A stretch of DNA of 41,162 nucleotides from Chloroflexi bacterium HGW-Chloroflexi-1 (lineage in GTDB: Bacteria; Chloroflexota; Anaerolineae; CG2-30-64-16): positions 1 through 41,162 of the forward strand of contig PHCA01000041.1 in the NCBI GenBank assembly GCA_002842085.1. Reading direction: 5' to 3'. The notes below the pieces were generated by a model, which had not been told where the DNA came from, ran no database searches, and was given only the letters and a program-made list of their open reading frames with translations. The translations under genes were made by a program, and so were the position numbers. Each line of letters begins with the position of its first letter. Positions within the stretch are counted from its first letter, which is position 1. Positions 16,251 to 24,568 of this stretch are shown in pieces.

Positions 16251-18218
16251 ATGTCTCACCAAACCCGACAGATCCTGCGCTTGACCGCGGTCGCGGCGAT
16301 CCTCCTGGCGCTCGTGGCAACTGCTACCAGCACCGGTATCAACCTGGCCGCGGCCGGTAGCGGCGCTCCTCGACCGGCGCCCGCTGCGTCTGCGCCCGCT
16401 GCGTCTGCGCCCGACCGCGGCCAACCGGACTGGGCCGCGCCACGCGTGGCAGACCAGTTGCTGGTCAAGCTGCCGGATGGCCAGGCCCTCCCGGACCAGG
16501 CCGCGCTGGCCCGCGCGGGTGTCCGCCTCCTGCGCACCATCCCGCAATTGGGGCTGGCAGTAGTCGCAACGCGGCCCGGCGCCGATCTGGCGGCCTCTGC
16601 TGTCGATCTGGCGGCCTCTGCTGCCGATCTGGTGGATCGCGGCGGGTTCGCGTGGGCCGAGCCCAACTACACCTTCGGCCTGGACCTGGCGCCGAACGAC
16701 CCGGACTACGCCGCGCGCCAGAGCGTCTACCTGGGCCGGATGGGCATGCCCGCGGCCTGGGACCGCACCACCGGCCTCCCCTCGATCATCATCGCGATCG
16801 TAGACACCGGCGTGGACCTGACCCACGAAGATCTCTACAAGGGTATCTGGATCAACCCGGGCGAAGTGCCGGGCAACGGCGTGGACGACGACGGCAACGG
16901 TTTCGTGGACGACGTCAACGGCTGGGATTTCGCGGACAACGACAACGTACCAGACGACGACTACGGCCACGGCACCCATGTGGCGGGCATCGCGGCCGCG
17001 CGCATCGACAACGCCGTGGGTGTTGCCGGCATGGCCGGCGCCGCCACCATCATGCCCGTGGACGTGTTCCCGCACAGCGCCTACGGCACCTACGAGGATT
17101 TGATCCGGGCGATCATCTACGCGACCGACAACGGCGCAAACGTCATCAACATGAGCCTGGGCGCCACTTCCTACAGCCAGGGCGAAGAAGCTGCGGTGGA
17201 CTACGCCTGGTCGCACGGCGTGGTCGTGGTCGCGGCGGCCGGCAACACCGGCCGCTGCTCCTACCACTATCCGGCAGCCCATGTCCACGCGATCGCCGTG
17301 GCGGCCACCGACGCTTACGACAACCTGGCCGGCTTCTCGACCCGCGGCGACTTCGTGGACGTGGCCGCGCCCGGCGTGGGCGTCTGGTCCACCTACCGCG
17401 GCAACCGCTACGGCTCGATGAGCGGCACCAGCATGGCCACGCCGCACGTGTCGGGGCTGGCCGCGCTGATCCTGTCGCTGAACCCGAACCTGACCCCGGA
17501 CCAGGTGCGCACGCTCATCGAGGCCAACGCCGACGACCTGGGCGCGCCCGGCTGGGATCCCGAGTTCGGCCACGGCCGGATCAACGCCGCGCGGGCGTTG
17601 GCCGCCGTGCCCGGCAACACCACGCCGCTGCCCACGCCCACGCCGCATCCGCCGCTGCCCGAGTGGCCGGCCGGCTGCCAGGACCTGCTCGACGATGGCG
17701 ACTTCGAGGCGGGCGCCGCGGTCTGGCAGCCGCACGGGGACGTCACGATCGACGCGCTGCGCGCCTACTCCGGCGCCCACGCCGCGCATTTTCCCGGCGG
17801 GCCGGACACCCGCGGCATCCTGACCCAGACGATCACCCTGCCCCCCTTCCCCCAAGAAGCCACCCTCTGGTTCGCCTACCGCATCGAGAACCAGGATCAG
17901 GGCTGGGGCAGCACGTCCGAAGCGCCCTATGACGACTGGTTCACCGGCGAGTTCCGGGCGGCCGACGGCCGCGTCATCAGCTCACTGCTGCGCACCGGCA
18001 ACTCGGCCGACACCGCGTCCGATGGGCTGCCGTGGGATCGCTATCTGTACCGGATGCAGTTCGCCGATCTGACGGCTTTACGGACGGCCGGCTCAGTGGA
18101 CCTGGTCTTCAGCGCGGGGAACGACGGGGACACGCTGCCCACCGACGTCTGGCTGGACGCGGTGCGCTTCTGCGTCAGGGGCGGGTATGGGTGGATTTTC
18201 CCGGTGATCTTGAAGTAG
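16251..18218 (+). CDS. Secreted subtilisin-family (S8) serine peptidase with a C-terminal CBM-like domain
   Basis: Catalytic triad contexts IAIVDTGVD, GHGTHVAGIAAA, GTSMATPHVSGLAAL. N-terminal TM/signal LRLTAVAAILLALVATA. The C-terminal domain (CQDLLDDGDFEAG...VWLDAVRFCV) resembles the C-terminus of the 6231-8489 hydrolase. The ORF also opens at GTG 16212, inside the repeat array. Confidence 0.92.
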   Translation: MSHQTRQILRLTAVAAILLALVATATSTGINLAAAGSGAPRPAPAASAPAASAPDRGQPDWAAPRVADQLLVKLPDGQALPDQAALARAGVRLLRTIPQLGLAVVATRPGADLAASAVDLAASAADLVDRGGFAWAEPNYTFGLDLAPNDPDYAARQSVYLGRMGMPAAWDRTTGLPSIIIAIVDTGVDLTHEDLYKGIWINPGEVPGNGVDDDGNGFVDDVNGWDFADNDNVPDDDYGHGTHVAGIAAARIDNAVGVAGMAGAATIMPVDVFPHSAYGTYEDLIRAIIYATDNGANVINMSLGATSYSQGEEAAVDYAWSHGVVVVAAAGNTGRCSYHYPAAHVHAIAVAATDAYDNLAGFSTRGDFVDVAAPGVGVWSTYRGNRYGSMSGTSMATPHVSGLAALILSLNPNLTPDQVRTLIEANADDLGAPGWDPEFGHGRINAARALAAVPGNTTPLPTPTPHPPLPEWPAGCQDLLDDGDFEAGAAVWQPHGDVTIDALRAYSGAHAAHFPGGPDTRGILTQTITLPPFPQEATLWFAYRIENQDQGWGSTSEAPYDDWFTGEFRAADGRVISSLLRTGNSADTASDGLPWDRYLYRMQFADLTALRTAGSVDLVFSAGNDGDTLPTDVWLDAVRFCVRGGYGWIFPVILK

Positions 18219-18246
18219 GGCAAATGGCAAATGGCAAATAGGAAAT
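18219..18246. repeat. Heptamer array (GGCAAAT) x3-4
   Basis: Begins at the nucleotide after the S8 peptidase TAG stop. Same unit as the first units after the pcrA stop. Confidence 0.9.
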
Positions 18247-18720
18247 CCGTGCTTCATAAATGATTTTTCGGCCCGAAAGTGGGCGACTTTGCGTCATTTG
18301 AATCTTGCAGCTATCCATAGCGCGGCCTCCCGCCGCAACCAAAGGGCTGTCATTGCGAGGGCCTCGCTGTGGCGAGGGCCTCGCTGTGGCGCGAGGAGCG
18401 CCGTTTGCGGTTGCGAGGCACGAAGCAAAGCAATCTCCCTCGCTAACCAGGAAATTGCGGCAATCGAGATTGCGGCAATCTCGATTGCTTCGCAAAACCG
18501 CTCGCAATGACGCCGTTAAAGATTCTCGCTATCAACGCAAATGTCGCTGGGTCATACTATAGCGCGGCCTCCCGCCGCAACCAAACCCCTTTCGTTGAAA
18601 GGCCCTTTCGTTGAAAGGCCCTTTCAACGAAAGGCGTTTTCAACGCAAAGGCACAAAGACGCAAAGAAATCAAAAAGGCCTTTGCGTCTTTGCGTCTTTG
18701 CGTTGAAACCCGGCGAAGCA
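18247..18720. repeat. Composite repeat island (nested direct, tandem and inverted repeats), with no convincing CDS
   Basis: 27-nt perfect direct repeat ATAGCGCGGCCTCCCGCCGCAACCAAA at 18317-18343 and 18559-18585. 17-nt tandem GCGAGGGCCTCGCTGTG x2 (about 18353-18390). 16-nt tandem CCCTTTCGTTGAAAGG x2 followed by its inverse (about 18586-18635). GCAATCnnGATTGC palindromes (18469-18495). CAAAGACGCAAAG / CTTTGCGTCTTTG inverted pair (18653-18700). Confidence 0.85.
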
Positions 18721-18822
18721 CCGCGGCAGACACAGACGTTCATCAGCACCGATGTCCTCCCGCACGTTTATGACAACGGCGTCAAGGTCAAGTTCGGTGA
18801 CTTGGCGGGAACGCCATCCGGG

Positions 18823-19155
18823 ATGCACGTAGACTACCATCGAGTCGATCTCATGGAGGGAGATCTGGCAGAGGCGTGGGTGTTCACGCTCACGTCAGCC
18901 GATGGTCAAGAGACACCGCTCTACCTCATTATTATCATGACCGGAGGCAGCGTGAAACAGGTCTCGAAATCAGAGTATGACGCGCTACTGAATGCCACGA
19001 TCTATGCGCCGAACCCCACCCCAGTGGTAGCGCCGAACCAGGGGCCCATCCCCCCCGAATTCCCCACGCCGCTGCCGTTCTACACGCCTGATGTGTCGCG
19101 ACCCATCGAGGAAGTGATCCAGGAGCACCTCGAAGACCTCACGCCGGTTCCGTGA
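18823..19155 (+). CDS. Hypothetical protein (orphan, in a lower-GC patch)
   Basis: Open frame with protein-like composition (MHVDYHRVDLMEGDLAEAWVFTLTSADGQETPLYLIIIMTGG...). The RBS is weak and the upstream part of the ORF runs through repeat DNA. No family recognised. Confidence 0.3.
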   Translation: MHVDYHRVDLMEGDLAEAWVFTLTSADGQETPLYLIIIMTGGSVKQVSKSEYDALLNATIYAPNPTPVVAPNQGPIPPEFPTPLPFYTPDVSRPIEEVIQEHLEDLTPVP

Positions 19156-19348
19156 TGGGGACAGCAGGCTAACGCACGCCGCCAGCCGCAAGATGCCTCG
19201 CAGCACCCGATTGGACGGGGCTTATGAGGCAAACTCGCGGCGCAAGCGCTGGTACTCGGCCACCAGAGTCGAGTCGTCCAGGGCCATCTTGAACTGGCGC
19301 AGCCAGTTCAAGATGTAACCGTCATTCAGTGCCGCGCCCTCTGAAGCT

Positions 19349-19412
19349 GGCTCGGTCACAGACCGGCCAGAGCCGAAATGTGAATTCGCCGGGGCCGGTC
19401 TGCGACCGAGCC
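19349..19412. repeat. Copy of the palindromic element with the arms in opposite order (GGCTCGGTCACAGACCGGCC ...24 nt... GGCCGGTCTGCGACCGAGCC)
   Basis: 20-nt arms are complementary with 1 mismatch. Lies 46 nt downstream of the stop of the 19458-20783 gene. Confidence 0.85.
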
Positions 19413-19457
19413 CCCTCAACTGATTCCAGGCACACCCCAATGCGTTGCACCTTCAAC

Positions 19458-20783
19458 TCAGACGAACGGCTGTCCCGCCCCAACGCGCGCCCCCAGCGCG
19501 GTCGCCACCTCCGCCACCGTGCCGGCAATGCGCTGCACCGGCGTGCCGTCCAACCCCAGCGCCGCCTCGCTCTCCTGGCTGACCGCGGTCCGGTCGGCGA
19601 TGATGGTGACCAGGCCGGCATGGGCCGCCTCGTCCGCGCTGAAGCCGAAGGACGGCGCAAAGGCCAGCAGGAAGTCTTGGGCCAGCAGCAAGTCCGCCTC
19701 GGTCGCCGGCTGCTCGGCCGGGCCGAACAGGACGTAGTGGGTCAGCGGCTTGCCCTGCGTGGGTGCCACGAGATCGGCCGTGGCCGCGGCGGCGCCATCC
19801 AGGACGATCAGCGCGGAACGGAGTGGCGTGTCGGCGAGCGCCACCCGGTAGTTGCCGGCGGTCAAGCCGGTGAACCGGTACGTCTCGTCCGCGGGGACGA
19901 CCTGGCGCGCCACCTCGGCGCCGGCGCGCTGCAAGAGCAACGTCCGGCCGGCGCCGTTGCGGACCCGGCCCGAGATCGCGCTCTCGGCGAGGATCAACGT
20001 CAACGCCAGTTGGGCCTGATCCTGGCCGTCGACCCGCACCGGGTCGGAGCGGAACCGGGTGTCCCGCACGCCCACCTGGTACTCGCCGGCCGCCAGATCG
20101 GTGAAGCGGAACGCCTCATCGCCGCCCACGACCTGGCTGGCAGTGGTGGTGTCTCCCTGCATGAGCAACGCCGTACGGCCGGCGCCCTTGTGCAGCACAC
20201 CATAGATCACGCTGTCGGCGTAGATCACGGCGGGCGCTTGCACCTTGCAAAAGGTCACGCTGAAGGAGTGGTGGAACAAGGTGTTGCCCGGCGCTTCGTC
20301 TGGGTGACCGGTGTGCATCCCCATGACCCGGTCGGACGGCAGCTCCTGGCCCGGCAATCCGAGCGCCTTCACCGCGCAGACCTGCCATTTCCACATCGGG
20401 AAATTCGCGCCCGGCTCGCTCAGCGGCTTGTCGATCACCGCGAACTGCTCACCACCGTCCCAACTGATCTTCAAACGGGCGTTGAACACCCGCCCGCCGT
20501 AGGGATTCGTCCCGCCGCTCAGCGTCGGGTCCACCACATCCATGTAGATGTGGTGATTGCCGCCGTTCTCCTCCGGGCTCAGGTGATGGACGCGCACGGC
20601 CTGCCAATACCAGCCGCCCGGCGTGACGGTCGCCGGTTCAACGGTGACGCCGTAGGCCGCGGCGTCATCGATGGGTTCGCGCGGGGCGGTCGATGGCGCC
20701 GCGACGGGTGCCGACAGTGCCGGCGGTTCTTGCTGGCCGGACAAGTGCCTGAAGAAGCTCTGAGTTCGTTCGAACAGATTCAT
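19458..20783 (-). CDS. Signal-less protein: His-rich N-terminal domain, two carboxypeptidase-regulatory-like repeats, and a C-terminal ~100-aa module shared with the upstream gene
   Basis: ATG 20783 with GGAGG about 9 nt upstream, 4 nt after the stop of the upstream gene. Repeats match CarboxypepD_reg style (ISGRVRNGAGRT..ADETYRFTGLTAGNYRV). The C-terminal segment is KPLTHYVLFGP...FGFSADEAAHAGLVTIIAD. Confidence 0.8.
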   Translation of the reverse strand: MNLFERTQSFFRHLSGQQEPPALSAPVAAPSTAPREPIDDAAAYGVTVEPATVTPGGWYWQAVRVHHLSPEENGGNHHIYMDVVDPTLSGGTNPYGGRVFNARLKISWDGGEQFAVIDKPLSEPGANFPMWKWQVCAVKALGLPGQELPSDRVMGMHTGHPDEAPGNTLFHHSFSVTFCKVQAPAVIYADSVIYGVLHKGAGRTALLMQGDTTTASQVVGGDEAFRFTDLAAGEYQVGVRDTRFRSDPVRVDGQDQAQLALTLILAESAISGRVRNGAGRTLLLQRAGAEVARQVVPADETYRFTGLTAGNYRVALADTPLRSALIVLDGAAAATADLVAPTQGKPLTHYVLFGPAEQPATEADLLLAQDFLLAFAPSFGFSADEAAHAGLVTIIADRTAVSQESEAALGLDGTPVQRIAGTVAEVATALGARVGAGQPFV

Positions 20784-20787
20784 GGTC

Positions 20788-23700
20788 TCACCCCTCCCCC
20801 ATTGTGGACAGACGTTGTGCAAAGGCCGCGGCCAGAGCGTAGCCATCACCCGACAGCCGGGTCACCTGGCAACCGGCCGCCCGCAACGTCCCCTCCGCGG
20901 TCGCCGCCATCTGATCGCCCACGATGATTACCTCCGCGGCCTGAGCAGCTTCATCCAGGCTGAAGCCGCCGCTGGCCCCGATCCGGCGTAGATAACGCGT
21001 GGCCAATGCCAGCGCCAGGCGCGCTTCCGCGTCCCCGGCCGGCCCGCCCCCGCCTTCGGGCGGTGACCCAAAAAGCAGATAGTGCGCCAAAGGTTTGCGC
21101 GGCCCGGGGGGCAAGTTGATGTCTTGGGTCAACGTGGCGTCCTCGGCCAGGCGGATGTCGGTGACCAGCGGCTCACCATCGCCCGGTGGGCCGCCCACCG
21201 CCAGCGTGTAGACGCCGCCGGCCAATCGAGCGAACCGGAACGCGCCCGCACTGTCGGTCTGCGTCCGGGCGACTTCCTGCCCCTGGCTGAGCAGCAGCAC
21301 CAGGCGGTCGGGTTGAGGCACGCCGTTCGCCAGCACCCGGCCCTGGATCACCCCGCGCGGGCCCGAGCCGCCCCACAACACGTCGCACACCTGTTCCCGC
21401 TGGCCGTCCAACACGATGCCGCCCGCCACCTCGCCCATGCCCGCCGCCTGCAACGAGTAGATACCGGCCGGCAGGTTGGCGAACCGGTACGTGCCGTCGG
21501 CCGCGGTGTGGGCCTGCGTCACGATCAGCCCCTCCCGGCGCAGGATCATCAGGATATCGGGCTGGGGTTTGCCCGCGCCGTCCGCGACCCGGCCGCGGAT
21601 CACGCTGCGCTGGCCCCGGGCCAGGTCGATGGGCGCCAGTTGCAGGCTGTTCTCGCCGGTCAACTCCAGGTCGGGCAAAACCTGATCGGCCACCTCCAGC
21701 CGGTACAGGCCGGGTGGCAAGCCCTCGAACGCGAAGCCCCCGGCGGGATCCAAGGGGGCCTGGCGCGTCCAGCCCCACGCCAGCGGCGCGTAGAGCACCG
21801 CGACCAACCCATCGGGCGGATCCAGGACCCGGCCGCTCAAGCGGCTGCGCAGCGGGAAGATCAGCCGGTAGAGCCCGCCCGCTTCCAGTTTGATTTCGTC
21901 GGCGATGACACCGATCCCGGCCAGCTCCAGCCGATAGCTGCCCGGCGCCAGATCGGGGAAGGCAAAGCTGCCATCTTCGCCCAAGGCCATTTCCTGCGCC
22001 CCGGCGACGCCGGTCAGCTTGATCTTGCGGCCGGGCTGCCCGCCGGGCGCCGACCCTTCGGCTGTGCTCAGGACAAGCCCGTCCAACCGGGTCGGGCTGG
22101 CCACCGTCTGCAAACGGAAATCGACCTGGTAAGTGATCGGCTGGCCGGCGCGGCCGGGCACGTTGGCGGTGTCCAGGTCGTCAGCCACCTCGCTGGGCCA
22201 GTCCCCCTGGATCACCCGGATGCTGAAGACGCCGGGGGTGTTCAGGAACTCATAGCGGCCGGCCGGCTTGATTGGATCGCGGCCGGTGGTCGTGGTCGGG
22301 AAAGTGGCGCCGGGCGCGGCGCTGTGCCAGACCATCTGAAGTTTGATGCCGTTCAGCGGCACACCGTCGATGTCCGATACCGTGCCGTAGAAAAGGCGTC
22401 GCCCGGCGGTCTCGGCTTCAGGTAACAGGCGCCGCTGGGTGACCGCGTACCGATACCCGGCCGGCGTCCCGGTGGTGAGCTTGATGTTCTTGGTCGCCCA
22501 TCCATCCAGGGCGATCCCCGCCACGGTGATGCCCGGGATCGAGAGTTTGTAGCTCCCCAGTGGCAGGCCCGAGAACCGAAAACCGCCATCGGCGTCGGTG
22601 AGGGTCTCGCCGATCGATGCGCCCCGCGATGGGCCGCCATCTCGCCACAATGTCACGGGGATGCCCGCGCGCGGGGCGTCGGTGTAATCCAGAACCTTGC
22701 CGGTCAGTGCGCTGCTGCGGCCGCCGGCCAACCGGATAAGAACCGGCAACCCGGGCTCCGGCGCGGCGGTCACCCCCCGGCGCACGATGCCCCAAGGCGC
22801 CACGGCCAGATCGTAGATGCCCGGCGTCAAGCGCTCCAGGCGAAACGCACCATCGTCTGCCGACGTCGCGCTGGCGACGACCTGATCCCCGGCCCGGAGA
22901 TCGACCTGCAAGCTGGGCAGCGGCTCATCGGTGTCGGCGCGCAGCAATTGGCCGGCCACCACAGCCTGTTTGATCTGCGGCGCCACCTGGCTGGGCATGG
23001 CCTTGACGGCCGCCACCACCGGTAACTCACCGCTCAAGTTGAAGTCGGTGTTCCACCAGTCGCTGTACCAGGACTGGCTCTCCCAGCCGGGCGCCATGAA
23101 GCCCAGGCGGTAGTTGCCCAACAGCCAGTAACACATGGTAAAGTAACTGTCCGGACAACGGATGCCGTGAATCTCCCGACCGCCCTGCATGAAGTCGTTG
23201 ATCGCGACGACCCACCCGGCATGCGTCGTCGGATCCAGCCGGGGATAGCGTTGATCGTCCTTCCAGCCTACCACCGGTCCGCCTTCGGTGCTGATGATCG
23301 GCACTGTGTGGCCCAGGGTCTGGAAGAGCATGTCGTCCATCAGATAAAACGCCAGGAAACAGGTCGCATCATCGACCAGGGTATCCCCGGGGTTCTTATC
23401 CGCCGCTCGCCACTGGTTGATCAGCTCGCGGGGGCGGCCCTCCCAGGCCCACGGCCCGAGCCGGTCGTACTCCTCCTGACTCACCGGCACGCCCTCCTGG
23501 TTGACGCTGTCGTAGGGATAGTCGAGCGGGTGATTGAGGGTGTAGTTGTGGATGGCCACCCACGCGCCCTTGTCGAACAGGTCGGCGCGGCCCTTATCCA
23601 CGACGCGCTGCACGGGGTTGAATCGGCTGCTGATCCCCATCGCCGGCAGCGCGGGCAGACCACCCAGGGCGATGACCTTATCCGCGTCGATGATGAAATT

Positions 23701-24090
23701 GTCGATGACGACGTCGAGCCAGTCGGCGGGCATGCGGCCGTTCTTCCATTCAGCGGACAGGTCCGGCTCGTTGTTAGTCTCGAAGTAGCGCACCCCGGCA
23801 TCGATCAACTGCCTGAGGGCGGCCTCTTCCCGCCCGCCGATGTGGCCGGGATTGGGCTCCAACCGGTAGAGCCGCACGATGGGCATGATGTCGGCGACCA
23901 GCAACCGCCGGCACAACTCCAGCGACGACCCGCCGCCATCGTCCATCAACTTGATCCACTTGATGTGCATGGCTTGGAGCTCGCTGATCCAAAAGTCCAA
24001 CGCCGCGCCGGTGGGGTGATAGACCGACGCGGACCAGTGGACGCCGCGCCGGTTATCGTCTTTGGGACGGGGGAAATCTTCGATGCGCAT
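20788..24090 (-). CDS. Signal-less GH-like TIM-barrel protein with about 8 carboxypeptidase-regulatory-like repeats and the shared C-terminal module
   Basis: ATG 24090 with AGGAGG 6 nt upstream. N-terminal domain with YFETNNEPD and PIISTEGG (clan GH-A-like acid/base and nucleophile contexts). Repeats such as DADGGFRFSGLPLGSYKL. C-terminal segment KPLAHYLLFGS...GFSLDEAAQAAEVIIVGD. The ORF stays open upstream to 24267 through the repeat array. Confidence 0.8.
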   Translation of the reverse strand: MRIEDFPRPKDDNRRGVHWSASVYHPTGAALDFWISELQAMHIKWIKLMDDGGGSSLELCRRLLVADIMPIVRLYRLEPNPGHIGGREEAALRQLIDAGVRYFETNNEPDLSAEWKNGRMPADWLDVVIDNFIIDADKVIALGGLPALPAMGISSRFNPVQRVVDKGRADLFDKGAWVAIHNYTLNHPLDYPYDSVNQEGVPVSQEEYDRLGPWAWEGRPRELINQWRAADKNPGDTLVDDATCFLAFYLMDDMLFQTLGHTVPIISTEGGPVVGWKDDQRYPRLDPTTHAGWVVAINDFMQGGREIHGIRCPDSYFTMCYWLLGNYRLGFMAPGWESQSWYSDWWNTDFNLSGELPVVAAVKAMPSQVAPQIKQAVVAGQLLRADTDEPLPSLQVDLRAGDQVVASATSADDGAFRLERLTPGIYDLAVAPWGIVRRGVTAAPEPGLPVLIRLAGGRSSALTGKVLDYTDAPRAGIPVTLWRDGGPSRGASIGETLTDADGGFRFSGLPLGSYKLSIPGITVAGIALDGWATKNIKLTTGTPAGYRYAVTQRRLLPEAETAGRRLFYGTVSDIDGVPLNGIKLQMVWHSAAPGATFPTTTTGRDPIKPAGRYEFLNTPGVFSIRVIQGDWPSEVADDLDTANVPGRAGQPITYQVDFRLQTVASPTRLDGLVLSTAEGSAPGGQPGRKIKLTGVAGAQEMALGEDGSFAFPDLAPGSYRLELAGIGVIADEIKLEAGGLYRLIFPLRSRLSGRVLDPPDGLVAVLYAPLAWGWTRQAPLDPAGGFAFEGLPPGLYRLEVADQVLPDLELTGENSLQLAPIDLARGQRSVIRGRVADGAGKPQPDILMILRREGLIVTQAHTAADGTYRFANLPAGIYSLQAAGMGEVAGGIVLDGQREQVCDVLWGGSGPRGVIQGRVLANGVPQPDRLVLLLSQGQEVARTQTDSAGAFRFARLAGGVYTLAVGGPPGDGEPLVTDIRLAEDATLTQDINLPPGPRKPLAHYLLFGSPPEGGGGPAGDAEARLALALATRYLRRIGASGGFSLDEAAQAAEVIIVGDQMAATAEGTLRAAGCQVTRLSGDGYALAAAFAQRLSTMGEG

Positions 24091-24108
24091 AGGATCCTCC
24101 TGGCGTGT

Positions 24109-24231
24109 TATGGTATGGTATTGGGTATTTGGGTATTGGGTATTGGGTATTGGGTATTTGGGTATTGGGTATTTGGGTATTGGGTATTTGGGTATTGGGT
24201 ATTGGGTATTGGGTATTTGGGTATTGGGTGT
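24109..24231. repeat. Tandem array of TGGGTAT / TGGGTATT units, about 16 units; minus-strand sense is (A)ATACCCA
   Basis: Read directly. Lies between the minus-strand TATAAT box (24289-24284) and the RBS/ATG at 24090. Confidence 0.95.
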
Positions 24232-24258
24232 GTGAGACCGCATGATGCTCCGGGTGAC

Positions 24259-24292
24259 GTCGCTCACAATGTGAGTCGCTCACATTATAACA
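24259..24292 (-). promoter_or_regulatory. Extended -10 promoter TGTTATAAT (minus strand, 24292-24284) plus direct repeat GTCGCTCACA x2 (24259-24268, 24275-24284; 16-nt period), a possible operator
   Basis: Perfect TATAAT with TGn. The minus-strand start region reads GTGAGCGACTCACATTGTGAGCGACGTCAC and contains the palindrome GTGAG-CGA-CTCAC. Confidence 0.55.
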
Positions 24293-24493
24293 CAATTTGA
24301 AATGGGCGCAATTGCTTATCTCCCTGGGGATGTATCTTCTCGATTTTCCGGGGGATCGCTGGCTGTGGCCGGATTATCGAAAGGATATCTGGGGACCATT
24401 ACCGCCCCGCATCACCAGCCCCATTCACGGGGCGTCGCTCTTGAGCCCGGCGGCTTTAGCGCCGGGCGACCGCGCGCCGGGCGGCCAGCCATC

Positions 24494-24522
24494 TTGACAC
24501 CCCAAGCGATCTGTGGTTAGAT
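24494..24522 (+). promoter_or_regulatory. Candidate promoter TTGACA-17 nt-TTAGAT for the nuclease gene
   Basis: Perfect -35 but a weak -10. Lies about 45 nt upstream of the ATG. Confidence 0.4.
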
Positions 24523-24568
24523 GACGGCACTCCTCCCAAACGCTTGATCCTATTTCGCGAGGCAACCG

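Noticed and set aside
19222-19440. 72-aa minus-strand ORF as an intact gene
   Set aside because: The N-terminal two-thirds is encoded by the palindromic repeat element. Only the last ~35 residues look like genuine protein, so it is treated as a fragment.
24091-24267. N-terminal extension of the GH-like protein through the (NTQYPIP/KYPIP) array
   Set aside because: A strong AGGAGG-N6-ATG at 24090 begins the conserved-looking domain. The array is open in every frame, so the openness is uninformative. This is not fully excluded (see finding).
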